Shown here one piece after another: positions 26,737-41,700 of a stretch of DNA of 64,000 nt. The notes below the pieces were generated by a model. It was given only the letters and a program-made list of their open reading frames with translations, was not told the DNA's origin and made no database searches. Origin of the DNA: Scyliorhinus canicula (Eukaryota); NCBI RefSeq assembly GCF_902713615.1, contig NC_052162.1, forward strand, positions 61,309,913 through 61,373,912, given 5' to 3'. Every line of letters begins with the position of its first letter. Position 1 is the stretch's first letter. The translations under genes and the position numbers were made by a program.

Positions 26737-29700
26737 CTGCAACACAAGATGTTAAGTTGGTATTACAAAGTAGATTTACTTGTCAGGTTTCTTTCTCCTC
26801 TACCCACCCTACCATCTTCACTAAACAATATATTTAACAGCAGTTAGAACAGATGAACACACACTGGAGAGAAAAGTCGGAGCAGGAAAGTATATACCAA
26901 CAATACATCTAATAGAAACAAATTGTATACATGGAAGTTATAGGATTGTGTAACTTTAATATAATACCAAGGTGCCACAGCACTAATAATTTGTGAAATT
27001 CTAGCAATATTTTGCTAGAGTCTGATGAGCAATATTACCGCATGTCCTGTCTTCTTAGACATAGACGTGGATTTTGCAGTGCAGAAAGAGGCCATCTGGC
27101 CCATCGAGTCTGCACCGGCCCATGGAAAGATCACTCTACCCAAGCCCACACCTCCATCCTATCCCCCTAACCATTGTATGACAGAGAGCATCCTATCCGG
27201 CTGCATCACAACCTGGTATGGCAACTGCTCGGTCCAAGATCGCAAGAAACTGCAGAGTGTGATGAACTCAGCCCAACGCATAACACAAGCTTGCCACTCC
27301 CACATTGATTCTGTATACACCTCCTGCTGCCTCAGGAAGGCAGACAGCATTGTCAGAGACCCCTCCTACCCAGGCATTGTCTTCTTCCAGACCCTTCCAT
27401 GAGGCAGAAGATACAGAAGTCTGAAGACCCGCACATCCAGACATAGGAACAACTTCTTCCCCACTCCCCCTCGGACTGATCTGGTCCCTGTAAGAACACC
27501 CTTCACGATGCTCATGTGTGTATTTGCTTTGTTTGGCCCCATGTTCTGCACTGTAACCAATCACCGTTTGTCGATGTACCATTTGTCAATGTTCTCTGTT
27601 GATTATTCTTTTTGTTTAATATGTACATACTGTGTATGTTCCCTTGGTCGCAGAAAAATACTTTTCACTGTGCTTCGATACATGTGACAATAAATCAAAT
27701 CAAAATAACCCCATCTAACCTTTTTGGACACAATGGGCAATTTAGCTTGGCCAATCCATCTAACCTGCACATTTTTGGACTGTGGGAGGAAACCGGAGCA
27801 CCCGGAGGAAATCCACGCAGACACGGGGAGAACGTGCAGACTCCATACAGACAGTGACCCAAGCCGGGAATTGAACCTGGGACCCTGGAGCTGTGAAGCA
27901 ACTGTGCTAACCACTGTGCTAACGTGCCACTCGACTTTTCCCTAAAAAAAAACCATCCCTGATAAAGAATGTAATTAGTTGAAAAAATACTTTCAATGAA
28001 CCACTGGTTGTTTCTACCACTAGAAGTTAAGAGTGAATTGACACTTCTTTGAGGAGCTGAATGTTAGATCAAGAGCTGACAAGCTTGGTGAGCTGAAGGG
28101 CCTTTTAAAATCTTTTTTTAATGCTCTTTTGTTTCAGTTGTAGTTCAAAATATGCAATCAATACCGATTACACCCGAGGAAAGCCAACATTTTGAACAGA
28201 TGCTCAACTAGTATTTATGTGGCTGAACACTAAATTTAAAGAGCTTTCACTATCAGCAAGAATTTTTCTTAACATTTTTGGAAATTTGGCAGTGGTAAAA
28301 ATCAATATTCCTTTGGATACTTTTCTCTATGTTGTCTTACTTACTTTCCCCATCCCACTCCATTTAGCGCAAAGGAAATCAGTCTTAATTTGTAAAAGGG
28401 GAAAATACCACTTCTTAAAGGATCAAAGCAATTCCATAACAAGAAGGGCTCAAATATAAGTTATGAAGTGTGAATGCACGAGACGTCTTATATAAAATAA
28501 CTAGCATTTTGCCAAGGAGGTTCTCACTTGCAGCAAGCAGTGTTTTGATCAATGCAAGGTGGCTCTTATTTAAATCTCCACCTGCCCTCCACCACCCAAA
28601 CATTTTTGTTGAAATCCCACTTGTCCATAAGTCATTAAATATTGGAACATAGGAATCAGAAGCAGAAATAGGCAATTCAGCCCTTCGGGCCTGCTCAAAC
28701 ATTCAATTAGATCATGGCTGATCTCTTCCTGGTCTCAAAGCCACCACCCTATCTGTTCCCCATATCCCTTTAACCTGTTGGATTTTGAGCTACAAACACA
28801 AGGAAATTAAAATTACATGAAAAACATCCAGAAACTCACATTGTGAATTTCATGATCTCTGGAAATCCCAAATTTTTAAACACCCAATGCTCTTGACGAA
28901 TGGAAATTGATTGGACTGTAGATTTCTTCCTTGAACATATGATAATTGTACAAATTGGGAGGCTGTGAATCTATGACCATTAGTCAAAATTAAATTCATT
29001 CCTTTTTCGCCACCAGCAACTCGATTTCTTTTGCAAGTCATAAAGCAGAAAGATGCATTAGCTGTTTTGTAATTCAGCTGAGCAATCATTTTAAATTTTG
29101 TGTGTTAAACATCACGTACAGGGCCCCAGTCAAAACTTTTTAAACAAATGAATTTCAGAGCAGAGAAGCATGGCCTGGTATGAGAGTTCATTAACGTGCT
29201 TTTTTAAACCCTAAAGGCACATTACACAGAAGAGAGAAATATACTTACGATCGCTACAATGACAATAATGATTGTAAGCTTGAGGTTTTTCATACACATC
29301 GCTCTGGCCAAGTTTCTACTGGTAGTTTTAAATGTGACTGACTAAAAAAAATAAAAAATAAATGCTGCATGTGATTTTTGATTCCAAACAGAGCAGAGAA
29401 AATGTAACACAAGTGCTTTGGAGGGAAGTAGTTGAGGTGGGAGGAGGTGGTTGGCGAGGGTCTCTATTTTTGTTTATAGAATAAAATAAATAAACATTGA
29501 AAGATAAATACTTGCATTTAAAAAAACACATTTTACAATCACTGGATATCTCTATGCACTTTAAAAAAGACCAAAGTACCTTTCGATGTGCAAGTCAATG
29601 CTGTAAAGTAGGAAAGGGGGCCTCCAATATCAGAATAAATAGCTCCAACAAACAACATTGTGGTAATGACCAGATAATTTGGTTTTGCAATGTTGATTGA

Positions 29701-32700
29701 GGGATTAAATATTGGGCAGGGCACCAGGGACAACTTCAAAAAGTACTATGGAATCTTTTACATCCACTTGACCAGGCCCCAATTTAAAGTCTCATCCAAG
29801 AGACAGCACTTTGAAATGAAATGAAATGAAAATCGCTTATTGTCACGAGTAGGCTTCAATGAAGTTACTGTGAAAAGCCCCTAGTCGCCACATTCCGGCG
29901 CCTGTTCGGGGAGGCTGTTACGGGAATCGAACCGTGCTGCTGGCTTGCCTTGGTCTGCTTTCAAAGCCAGCGATTAGCCCTGTGAGCTAAACAATGCAAA
30001 GCTGGAGTGGGACTTGAATCCAGAATCCTGTGACTCAGATGAGAGTGCTACCCATTGAACCATGGCAGACATTCAAGGAGAGAAAAAGAAATCCAAAGAA
30101 TCAGTGCACAAATAAACAGCAGAAATAGCTGCAGTCTCAAGCTCTCTCTTCTCACCCACAACTCCCACTTCTAGAAGAATTCACTTCAAAATAATTGAAA
30201 AAAGGTAAATACATAGACAAATGTAATATTTATACAGATAGATTATGCAGTTGCTTGGTTGCCTCAATACATGGATTTGATTCTGACAAATGTCCGAAGT
30301 CGGAGGGGAGATTTGGAAACTAGTACGATCTTTGTACCTTCAGGTTGCTTGATTTTTTTGGGGGGGGGGGGGGGGGGGGGGGGGTGAGTCATGGGTTCCA
30401 TCTCCTTACATTGGTAGCAGCTGACATTCTAATGGACAGGGCCATAAAAACAGATGTCATTATAAATGTTCTCCATCTACACAAAATAGGTTTTTAGTGG
30501 GGATCAGAGAATGTTTACCGAGGAACTTTCGAATTGAAAACAGAATTGGCCCAAACCCATTAATGCCCTTCACGAATATTACACTCAACTCTCACAATTA
30601 GACACAATTCACCCAGTTTTAGAATATACTTACCAAATGAAATAATTTTAGAACACAAATGTTTGCTTTGTATTTTTAATGCAAGAAAGACACTGGATAC
30701 TCACAGAATCCACTAGGTTCTCAGTTTTGTCGATCAACAGCTCTAATTTTTCTCCTCTTTGTGCCACCAAATCTATAGATTGGAAAAGTTGGCAGGTCAA
30801 GCCATGTCACAAAGAAATCAAAGCAATGAACTTTCAGGCAATGTATGTTAACACATTTCAGGCTGAAATCCAATTTTATTCCTGTGCAGTGCATAATTTG
30901 CAGCAACTTGTTCAGGGTAATCAGCTTTCAAAATTACTTTTAAAAATTATCTTTAACGTAAGAAACATCCAACAATACCCACCTTGGTTAGCGGTGTTGG
31001 GGGAAGAGCAGGGGAACATTGAAGGGTGCAGGACAGGATAGAAAGTGAGATTGTGTGGGGCAGTGGAGGGGTTTAAAACTTAAAACTGGAAAGTAGAGTC
31101 GGTAAGGGTAGGAATGTGCCCCAAGTGTTGGAGAGATGATGGGCAGATTTTGACGAGGGTGAAACAGCGTCGTATTAAGTCAAAAGAGGAGGGAGGTGAT
31201 GATTCACCATTGGACATTGCAGGAAATATGCTGCTTAAGTTTAGATACACAGAAGTGGAACAATGCCAAATCAACACAACGCAATTGGACAACATAGGAA
31301 GACCAAATGGTGGTTGAATTTATTAAATGCTGTGGACAAGTCAGGAGGATCAAATGCCGATGGTAATCTTGGTGCTTTAAACAGGACAGGGCCTGAGTGG
31401 AAATGATCAGAACAGAGTTTGAGAGACAATGATGGAGCTGGGCAATAACACATTAGAGGGCCTTAGTGACAGAAGGTCTTAGTGGTGGCATCCTAATTAG
31501 ACTGCATGGATGCACGAGAGTAGGCTTAAGATTGGGTGAATACCCTAATTTTAAAAAGGGAGATGTTCACGAGTTCAATGCAGAAACGAATAAGAGAACA
31601 GGAGGCAAATCGTAGAAGAGACAAGCTCAGAGAGAATGGCGAGGAATAAACTGAAGATAAATTGCAGAGTTATAGAAGAATTATATAGATAGGTAAGGTA
31701 AGTCAGGAGGATTGGTGAGAGGAAGAAAAGACAGAATGCAGATTGCTTCAATAGAGGAAAATATGCACTTTGCTTTGAAGGGGAAGGTGTAGAGATAGGG
31801 ACAAACAAGTTTGAGTTAATGTTTCATCCTGTTGAAGAAGAGCTATAACATTGTCCTTCCCCTTCAGGATCATCCAGAGAGAGGTCCAGTAGCAGTTGAG
31901 ACAAGCCTGACCATGAAGAATTGAGAGAGAAAATGGGGACTGTAGCAGAGGAAACAGTGAGCGTAAAAGATAATCTGTTGGATATAAAGAAAAGGCATTG
32001 AGCGAACACAGCAGTGTGAAGATGGATTTTAAAAATATATTTTGGGGATATTGTGGTATTCTTTAAAGTGTGTGTATATTTAACGAAGCTGGGGAAGGTT
32101 AATAGAGACAGCCAGTCTATGAGAAGTGCGGGATAAAAGGGGTAAAAGTGAAAGATGCATGCATTTGTAATGAGAGGCTATGGTGAAGTGGATTTACAAG
32201 TTAATAGGTTGGGTTTGAAAAATGTATGAGGAGATAGATAGGGTTTTAAAAGCTGTTAAAAGGAGAGTTTAAGGGACGTTCACAATTTACAGAGGTTTCA
32301 TAAATAAACCAGGGAAGGTTAAGTTTATTTGACCCTAAAAGTGGAAGCGATTGGAAAACATTTTATACTTTGGAAACGTTGAGTTCAAAGATATGCCAAG
32401 GACAATGGAATCGGGAGATGATAGAGGAAAAGTATATTCAGGAAAGACGCTGAACTGAATTGTGGTCACTGCATGGGGGAAGATGTTCTTCGACCAGGAT
32501 GGTGCTGAGTGGTGCGAAATCTGAAGCAGACATTCACTGAGACCATAAAAGTCTTTGTTGCAGAAAGCAATTTGTTTTCTGAGCTTTCTTGGATTTCCTC
32601 AACAGAGTGGGAGAATTTGAGTAGTGTGTTAATATCTTCACTAAAGTGACAGCAGTTCTTGCCTTGGCTAATATTACTGGATTTCTATAGTTAAAAATAT

Positions 32701-35700
32701 AAGCGTTGTTGCTAAGTAATTTACTTTGTACCCTGTCCAAGTGTTTTTTTTTTTGTAAAACCATTTTAACTGTCAATCTTCAATCTTGTGTGCGTAAGCT
32801 TTTTTTCCTGGTAACAAATCTTTGAAGTCCTAAAGCATTAGAGTTTAATGCTTCTGGGATTAATTTTTCCTCATTTTGAAATTACAAATAATAGTGATCA
32901 ATAAGACAAGTTTCCCTACAGGATTTGGCTTGTTCAGCAAACAACATCCGCTGTGGTCATAACAGTAACAAAGTATTGCGTGGACAATCTGAAAGGGGTG
33001 GCAAAGTCATGACTGAATGAATGAGGGCATTCATTGATGGGGTTGTTACTAGGACAGATGTTGGGGTTTGGGGAAGTTAAGACTTCAACACTAGCCAAAA
33101 GTCAGAGACGACAACCTCAGGTGATTAACAGCAAAGAGGTCACCAGAGATGGCAAAGTTCAGGGGCTGATCACGGGTGGGACAGTTTATACGAATGGGGA
33201 GATTAAACAAGGACAGACGAGAAGTTGGATCAATCTTACATAACAAGAGGCAACTTGGCAAGTATCTACTTGTGGTTTGTTTTCCAACGTCCAACAAATC
33301 ATAGCAAGCTTTAGAGTAGTTCCTCTTTCATATTTACTTAATTTTCCTTGAAGTAATAATAAGTAGTCATGTTGCATGATGCAACAGTAAAGAAAATTGA
33401 TTCAATCTTGCAACTGTGGCCATAGATGTCAGCCTCACATTAATACAAATACCATTTCACTTGCATGAACCACTAAGGTCTGTGGTTAACATCCGTGATG
33501 CAGTAATATTAGCCAAGGCAGCAACTGAAGTCACTTTTAGTGATACACACTGCTGCCCAGTTTCTAGGAACATTAAAATTTATTTTAATTAAAAAATTGA
33601 CTTAAACGCAAAATACTGCAAATGCTGGAAACATTCAGGTGAGGTGCATCTGGAGAAAGGGTTAAAGATGAAATGTCATCAATTTGCAAAGTTAACTTTA
33701 CCTTCCTCTCTGCAAAGAGCTTGCCTGACATGTTCAGTGTTTCCAGCATTTTGTATTTTTGTTTAATTAAGCCAAAAGCAGATTGGTGTGAACATAGAAG
33801 TGTGTTTTTTGAGGATTGCAATCATACAAGATTAAATAACAGGTTCACAATCAACACTAGAATCTTGCAATGGTACAAACCAATAGCAACTGATATGCAA
33901 ATGCAACATTTGACTATCAATATTGGGTTGAAGGGTGGCAGTATTGGAATATCAACACACCAGAAGTTTAACAGCTCCCTTGGGGCAGGGGTACTGGTGT
34001 ATTCCAATGAGTTATCACAAATCTTGGTGTTTAGTTATAAAACAATCAATTTGAGAGAACCTGGTATGCAATAACTGGAAAGAGAAAATGGGATTTTCAA
34101 AAATTGAGGCTCTGTATACATCTCTATTTTCATACGTACCAATATTTCGGACCATGATTCCTTTCAACTCATCAACTTGTGCTTGAGTCTCCGAAACGCG
34201 TTCAGAGTTCCTGTTTTCTGACAAGTGTTTCTGAAATCATGTGTGACAAGCTCAACATTCACTATTTCTAAAGGTCAGATGCACATCCACATGACATCTA
34301 TGTAGGTTTACGTTCAAGCTATTTATTCAGACACCCAATTGCAGAAAAACGAGATGGAGTGACTGCTAGGCTAGAATTTGAACTCCGCATCAACATGTCC
34401 TCCTGTTTCCCTTGTTCTCTATGTTCAAGGTTCAAGAATGTTTCTCACATAAAAATCCAGAGTAATTGTAGGAATTTGTTCCACTAGATGAAAGCACACT
34501 TAGTAGGTCAGTGACATTCAATCGTGACAACTTAGCAAATTCACAACTTCACCGTCAATGTCTTTATACGAGACCATTTTCTGAAACAAAGCAAACTTGG
34601 AAGTATAGAGACTACAAGGGTCAATAATTGGACATTGCCCAGCTCTGAACTAAATTGCATACCATGGTTGGTATTCTCCGACCCAAGTTCGTCTCACCAC
34701 CGCTGCCAGCGAGAAAGGAGAATATGGCGCTCAGCCAAAACTCCATTCACTGTCGCGGAACCGGAGAATCCCGCCTTCGTGAATGGACGGAGAATTCCGG
34801 ACTGTGTGTTTGAATCACAAATATTTTTCTCAGTCTATTAATGCCATCTGTTCCTCACACCACTCTTCCTTGTTTTTATCATCCTACTCCTCAATGCTCA
34901 TTTCCCCCAGTTTGTGGCATCCTGTTTATACATTGCACACAAAACGACTATGCTATTGAACTAAAATGGGTGATTAACAGACATTGTACAAAACAGTTGA
35001 GTTATTAGACTTCAAATATAGGGAAATAAAGGTAACACATTCAAGTAGGACAATTATAATTCTCTTCACACTTTTTGGTCAAGTTATATTGTGTCACACT
35101 TTTTGGTCAAGTTATATTGTGTCAGGAGGTCTCTGGACCTGTTCTCCAATGTGTGATGAGTCTGGGTATGATATTTAACTATGTGGAGCATCTGTCAGTC
35201 ATGGTTCTAGCCTCATCTGCACACATTCTATGTGAGGGGTATTAGTGGATAACATTGAAGAACATGGAAACCCAAGTCATTGCTTCCCTTCCCAGATGTG
35301 CCGAGGCTATTCATAGATCTTCAATTACTGCCATAGCTGGGTTGGACAGAATGGTAGTACAGTGGTTAGCACTGTTGCTTCACAGCACCAGGGTTCCAGG
35401 TTTAATTCCAACTTGGGTCACTGTCTGTGCAGAGTTTGCACGTTCTCCCTGAGTCGATGTGGTTTCCTCGGAGTGCTCCGGTTTCCTCCCATCAGTCCTG
35501 AAAGATGTGCTGTTAGGTGAATTGGACAATCGGAATTCTCCGTGTACCCGACAGGCACCGGAGGGGATTTTCACAACTTCATTGCGATATTAATGTAAGT
35601 CTACTTGTGGCAACAAGATTATTATTCAGCTCACTCAATATAGTATTAGGAAAACAAAGTAGTTTTAAGGGATTTATATTTGTATTGGTAAACATTAGAC

Positions 35701-38700
35701 ATATGGTATAGTTTTAAGTAGGTTTGACTTAATGCCTGGAAGGGTAAAACCTATAGTTAGATTCACGCTGAACAAAGATGTTTATATGTGTGGGGGTTAG
35801 TCGAGTTCCAACTGTGTTTCTTTTGTGCTTAGAAGGGGTTATGGAAAGGATAATAAATAGGCAGTAGAGTATGCAGGCATTGCTTAGCAACTGGAGCCTT
35901 GCAAGGTAGAGAAGCTTTTAAGTTCTAGTTTTGCTAATTTGATTAAGGTTGGAGATAGGTAGTGAGAGAGAAGAAAGCTCTCACAGGTCTGCTAGAAGCA
36001 GTTGGTTTAGAAGGCTAGAGGGAACATTTCTCAGCTTTGGCGAAGAGGAAAGCCAACCCATGGATAATGATTGAGAAAACAAGTGCAGCGATCTGAAGAG
36101 CAGCAACTATGGCAAGGAGAGTGGATGCAGTGCAAGAGTGAGCCTCCATTTGGCCCAGATTGAATTGGGATTACATCCACAATAAGAATTTTTAGATATT
36201 GACAGTCCAGTAATTAACAATAAGTTTGGGAGGGCCAAGCCTCTGTCCATCTATCCTCTGTGGATTCTGGGATTCTTACCTGCCAAAGTAAAAGCAGATA
36301 TCAATTTATTAATCTAAATAAAAAAGATTTGGACAGGAAAATGGGGGGGGGGGGGCATTGCAAGATAAATATAAACCTCGGGAGAATGTTCATTTTTGTT
36401 CATTAACTCCTGCCCGCCAACAATAAAGGAAGGTTGCTCCATCTCTGTAGGTCCATTTTGACAATATTGATCAGGCTTGAATAATTAAATTTGTGGAACA
36501 AGGCCCAGTTATGGGCCACCCTGACCCCCAAGTAACGAACATTTGTACAAGAGACACTGAAGATTAACCTATCTAAATAGGCTAGTCTTCCAGCGTGGTT
36601 GATCGGAAAATATTCGCTCCCACCTAGAGATTTACTTCTAGCCAGAGAAGGAGCCGAAGGTATTAAGTGTCTTCATTATGCCATTGATGGAGGGAGTTGG
36701 GTCTGCATAAATAGATAACCAATGTTCCACCCCATCCCAATTAATACTCCTCTATTGACTAGAAGCCCTCAGGGCTATAGATGGCAACAGGCAAATAAAA
36801 GTGAAGAGGACAGCCCTGCCTAGTGTCCCCTATTCGAGGGGATATAGTCTGAATACAGATTGTTCATGTGACCGCTGGGCATTATATAACAAGCTGCAGC
36901 CAAATCTCCAGAGAATCTCAAATACTCCAATATCATCCTGTCAAAAACTCTCAGCATCGAGAGATATCACCCCTGGTTTGGGTGCAGGAGAGGGGAAAAT
37001 AACATTTAAAAAGGTAACATATATGGGCTGATAACTGATGGACCTTTACAAAGACTGTTTGTTCCTCTGAAATTATACTTGGAAGTCAAGGCTCCGACCA
37101 GAGTGTCAGAACCTTAGCAAGCAGCTTAGCACCCATGCTTGAAAGCGAGAGGAGTCGGTATGACCCGCACTCTGTCAGCTCCCTGTCCTTCTTAAAGAGC
37201 AAGGAAATAGAGGCAATAAACCGCAGGAGGGAGTCGTTAAACATATCGGATAACAAAGGTGAGAGCTGTTCATAGAACTGCTTATAAAATTTCATTGGAA
37301 AGCCATCTGGGTCAGAGGCCCTTCCAGCCTTCATCAACATTTTAAAATCTTGTCTGGGCATAACGGGGAGTCCAACTCGTACCTCTTGTCTGCCTTGACA
37401 GTTGGGATGGGCAGGTTATCCAGAAACTCAGACACAATTGACTTGTCCAGAGGAAGTGGGGGGGGGGGGGGCTCAGATTTATAGTGGCCAAAATAATCAG
37501 ATTTAAAAGCCGCATTGTCCTGGCAAGGAGCGGAAACAAGGTTGCCCCGCCTGGGTTGAGTACCTGGGGGATCTGATGTGAGGCCGCCTGGCGTTTAAGA
37601 CGACAACTGGTTTTATTCCCAGATTCTTAAAAAGTACCCCTGGAGCACAGTATCTGATGTATGGCCAGTGGCTCGAACTGGGTCTGCAACATTTTTCTGC
37701 TTGGATCGAGCGAGTACTGGTGACCTACCTCTAAAATGGAATCCACTATTCATCAATAGAGGTGGCTAAGCACTTGCAAAATGTTATTTAAAAAAAAAAA
37801 ATCAGACAGCAAAGTAGTATACAACCTTCAGGGTAGACGTTGGGTGGGATCAGATTCCAGCAACAGATTAACAAAATGTTGGGTGTGGTCAGAGATTACG
37901 ATTGCTGAGCACTCAGCCGCCACTACCGAAGGGAGGAGAGCCCCATTTAAAAATGAAAAAAAAAAATCAATGCGGGAATACACATGGTGAACATGAGAAA
38001 AAAAAAGAGAAATCCCTGTCATCCAGGTGCAATAAATGCAAGGGATCTGCCCCCCACCTGGTCCAGAAAAAGCAAAGCCCTGGCCATCGTCAATGGGACA
38101 AAGATTTGGGATTAGAATGATCCAATTTTGGTTCCCAAACACAGCTCAGATTACCCAAATACGGTGGTATTGAGTCGAGCTTGGGGAGGAATTAATGAAT
38201 CCGAGTTAGGAGCATAAACGTTGACCAGAACTATGGGGTGCTGGACTGGGAGCCAGAAATGATTATGTTATCGACCATTGGGGTCAGCCATGATCTGAGG
38301 AGAGGAGAACTGAACTTGTATTAATTAGAATTGATGTACTATGGCCCTCCTATTGAAACTAGAATGAAAACTTGTCCAACCCAACCTTTGCGTAGCCTGG
38401 TTTGATCTTTATTACCAAATTGGCTTCTTGGAATAAAAGAATGAGATTTTAGGCTCTTAAGATGAGCAAATGCTCTTGACCGTTTTACATGCCCATTTAA
38501 AACCCATAACATGCCAAGTAATCCGTTGGATTGGAGGTCGACCTCAAATTGGAGTCAGCTATTCCCAAGGGGCGATGTTAAACAAGGGACATAGCTAAGA
38601 CAAGGCAAGACGACCACTCACAATGGCCATCAGACCAAGTTGGATGACTCGACAAAGAGACAGTCAGCAAACGAAAACTCACCCCACACCGCCCTCCTCC

Positions 38701-41700
38701 CCATCCCAAAAGCACCATCATAGTTGTTAACCACACCCCCAAATCAAAAGGAATGATGGCAAACAATGAACTTAACAATTGGCAAACATAACTAAACACA
38801 AACTCCAAGCTCATTAAAAAAACTATTAGGAGCTGCAGAAAGTGCTTCAATATCACTCCCGTTAACTAACATTCTTTGTTAGCAGGAAGACTCCCAATTG
38901 GAGAGTAAAACCGTATTCAGCAGCAATCTCAATATAAGTAAGAGAATTAAGAACAAACCCAAGCAATGAACATGAAAAGAAAGAAAATGCAAAGTGCCCA
39001 TACACAGAGCCATGTAACAAATCAAACAGAACGCAACTTTTGCTTCTTGACAAAGGAGTCAGCATCTGCCAGTGAGTCAAAGTGGTCTTTTTCATGGAAT
39101 GTTACTCGAAGGCGAGCTGGATAGACATCCCAACCTGGACTCCAATTGTACAGAATGGATTTCACTATAAAGAGGCTCTTTGCTAGGTGTGCACTCATGT
39201 CTTGGTATAGCCAAATGAGTGGCCTTCCCATTTGAAATTACAATGCTCCCTTACCCATCAAACAACCACCTCCTTCTCTTTGAAAAAGTGAAATCTTGCG
39301 ATCATTGCACAAGGAGGATGTCCCGGGCGAGGCTTAGGTCGAAGCGAGTGATGGGACGGTCTAATTCTGGCTGTGATTGAAGTACAACCCCACACACCAT
39401 CTTGTGGAATATGTCCGAGAAATACCCAGTAGGGTGCAGCCTTCTATCCCCTCTGGTAACCCCACGTTATGAATATTCTGTCTTCTGGATCTATTCTCCA
39501 GGTCATTTGACTAGTTGTTAAATGTTTGTTAACTTCAACCACAGAAACAAGGTTGGATTCCGGGGAGGTGAATCGATCGCTGTATTCTGACAAAGCCATC
39601 TCCATGTCTTTAATTGTGGTTCCATGAGCTTTGATGGTCTTACTGGTGGTTTCAAAAGCCAAACGAATGGGAGCCAAGGCCCCTTCAACTGATGTTTTAA
39701 AGATCAACTGACAAGTTGTCAATGTGCATCAAGCTCTATCACCAAAATATTAGTGAGAGCGATCTCGACATGACTGCAGAGCCAGTCGATGAGTTTTGGA
39801 CAAATTCATTTTTGGGGTCTGCCTCCCTTGTGCATTTCAGAGAAGAGGGAACTCCACTCAACCATATTTCAGGATTTTGCCAAGATGTTAAAGATCTGTG
39901 GCATCGGGAAAAAGGGCTAAAAAAAAAAAGAAGTCAGGTTTCCAGCAGGAGCCACCTTGTGCGCGTTCCCCCTCACAACACGCCACCGGAAGTCCATGAG
40001 AAGATTTTAACGGCTGTTTTTTGGGGAGTCGAGTTTGCAAACGGCCATATAACAGGAGGGGGGGGGGGAAGGAAGAGATTCTGAGGAGACATCCACAGAC
40101 ATTCACTTGGGGTTCAGAGTGAAGAGTGTATTTGCCCACAGTCATGTTGTATGAGATGGTGTTGGAAACCATTGTAGATTAATATGTACTTTGTAATCCA
40201 AGTTAATCCTAAAACCCGAGAATAATTGTTAAATTAACAGGGAGTAAAAGCAACTACGTCATAACCCAATTTTTTTCATATTTAATCTTTTTTTTCTTGC
40301 AGCAGTCCCGTGACGCTGTTCCTCCAGGCTTTATTTTTTTTTAAAGTTAGTCTTTTGAGCCAGGGTTCCATTCTGGGATCTCCTTGTCCAGTTATATCAG
40401 ATGGGATCGTAACAATAGAATTTAGCAATGTGTTCACTGGAGACTTTAGCTACCATACCTAGGGAAGTGATTACAAGCCTCAGATCATCAAGATACCCAG
40501 AAACTAACAGTTAAATCTATGTATTGTGTTGAGGGATAGATGAGATAAAGGAAGCAATTACAGTACAAAATTAAAAACTTCAGTACTAAAATACAAATGT
40601 TACTCATTAGAACTTCTGGAATAGAGGCAAAAGATACTGTCTGAATTGAGTCACAAAAAGATATCAAACAATTTTCCTTTTGTCAGAAAGTAGCGACACA
40701 CAAAGTTGGAAAGATAGGATGGATGATATGACCAGCCTCTCTGCATTTTTAACTAGTGCAAGAACAAGCTGTCTTTTTTTGTTTTAAATACGAGGTAATG
40801 GTTTCTCGGAACACAACTGGCTTTCCCCAGTTCCTATGTATCATTTGTACTTAAAAAGATTGAAAATTGCTACACACTCACCATTTGTGCTGCCAACACA
40901 TTTGAGAATTCACTGTTCATTGCATAAGGCAACGCTGTCTGTGCTCTTGAACCATACGTCGTTTGAAATCTTTTCTTTATTTCATTTAGAAAGGTAAAAG
41001 CTCGTGATCGTTCAAAATCCTTAAATGTGAAACAGAGTACCATTTCAACTAATTAAATGAAGTTCTAACATTCGAGATAAAAATCTAAATTTCACAGGAC
41101 TAAATACATGTAACATAAAAGGCACAAGAACAAGTATCGACAGGACTTCCTCAGCAGCAACTTATACCGCTTCTCCTTCCTCTCCTTAACATTATCATTA
41201 CAAATCAGTCATAAGACTTGAAATGTCTAATGTCTAGAGACTGAAATCTAGATTAAAGTGCATTCTTATAACATACAAAGAAAGCAATCAATGTAAAATG
41301 TTCATTAAAAGCATTATCTCATTGTACAAATTGCACTCATTTTTGGTTTTACAAATCTTCACACCATGTTTAACCAGATGCTCCTAATCCCCCAAAGATT
41401 ACTTGTTTAGATTTCATACTCACATCATCTGTGATACACAGGTATATTATCCTCTCTTGACAAATATAATGAAATAAGTAACTGTGGAAGAGAAGAAATT
41501 GGTTAATGTTCAAAAGCTGGTTAGGTGCAACAGGTTATAGCAATGATTCTAGCATGTTCTGAGATTAACCACTTGCAGCTGACAATGGGGAGAAAATATT
41601 TGTAACTGGGAAGCATATGACTACATGACATAACATATTGATACACCTGTGTTACAGCAATATCTGCAGAAGCTTCTATAGTTCACATAAAATTCCTCAA

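Noticed and set aside
30359-30384. Long poly-G runs (also ~12032 and ~43544) as functional G4 elements
   Set aside because: Simple homopolymers, common across the window, with lengths that are unreliable in assemblies.
31055-31090. Second GGGGTTTAAAAC slippery-like site
   Set aside because: Not an exact heptamer plus stop, and no flanking ORF1/ORF2 context can be recognised.
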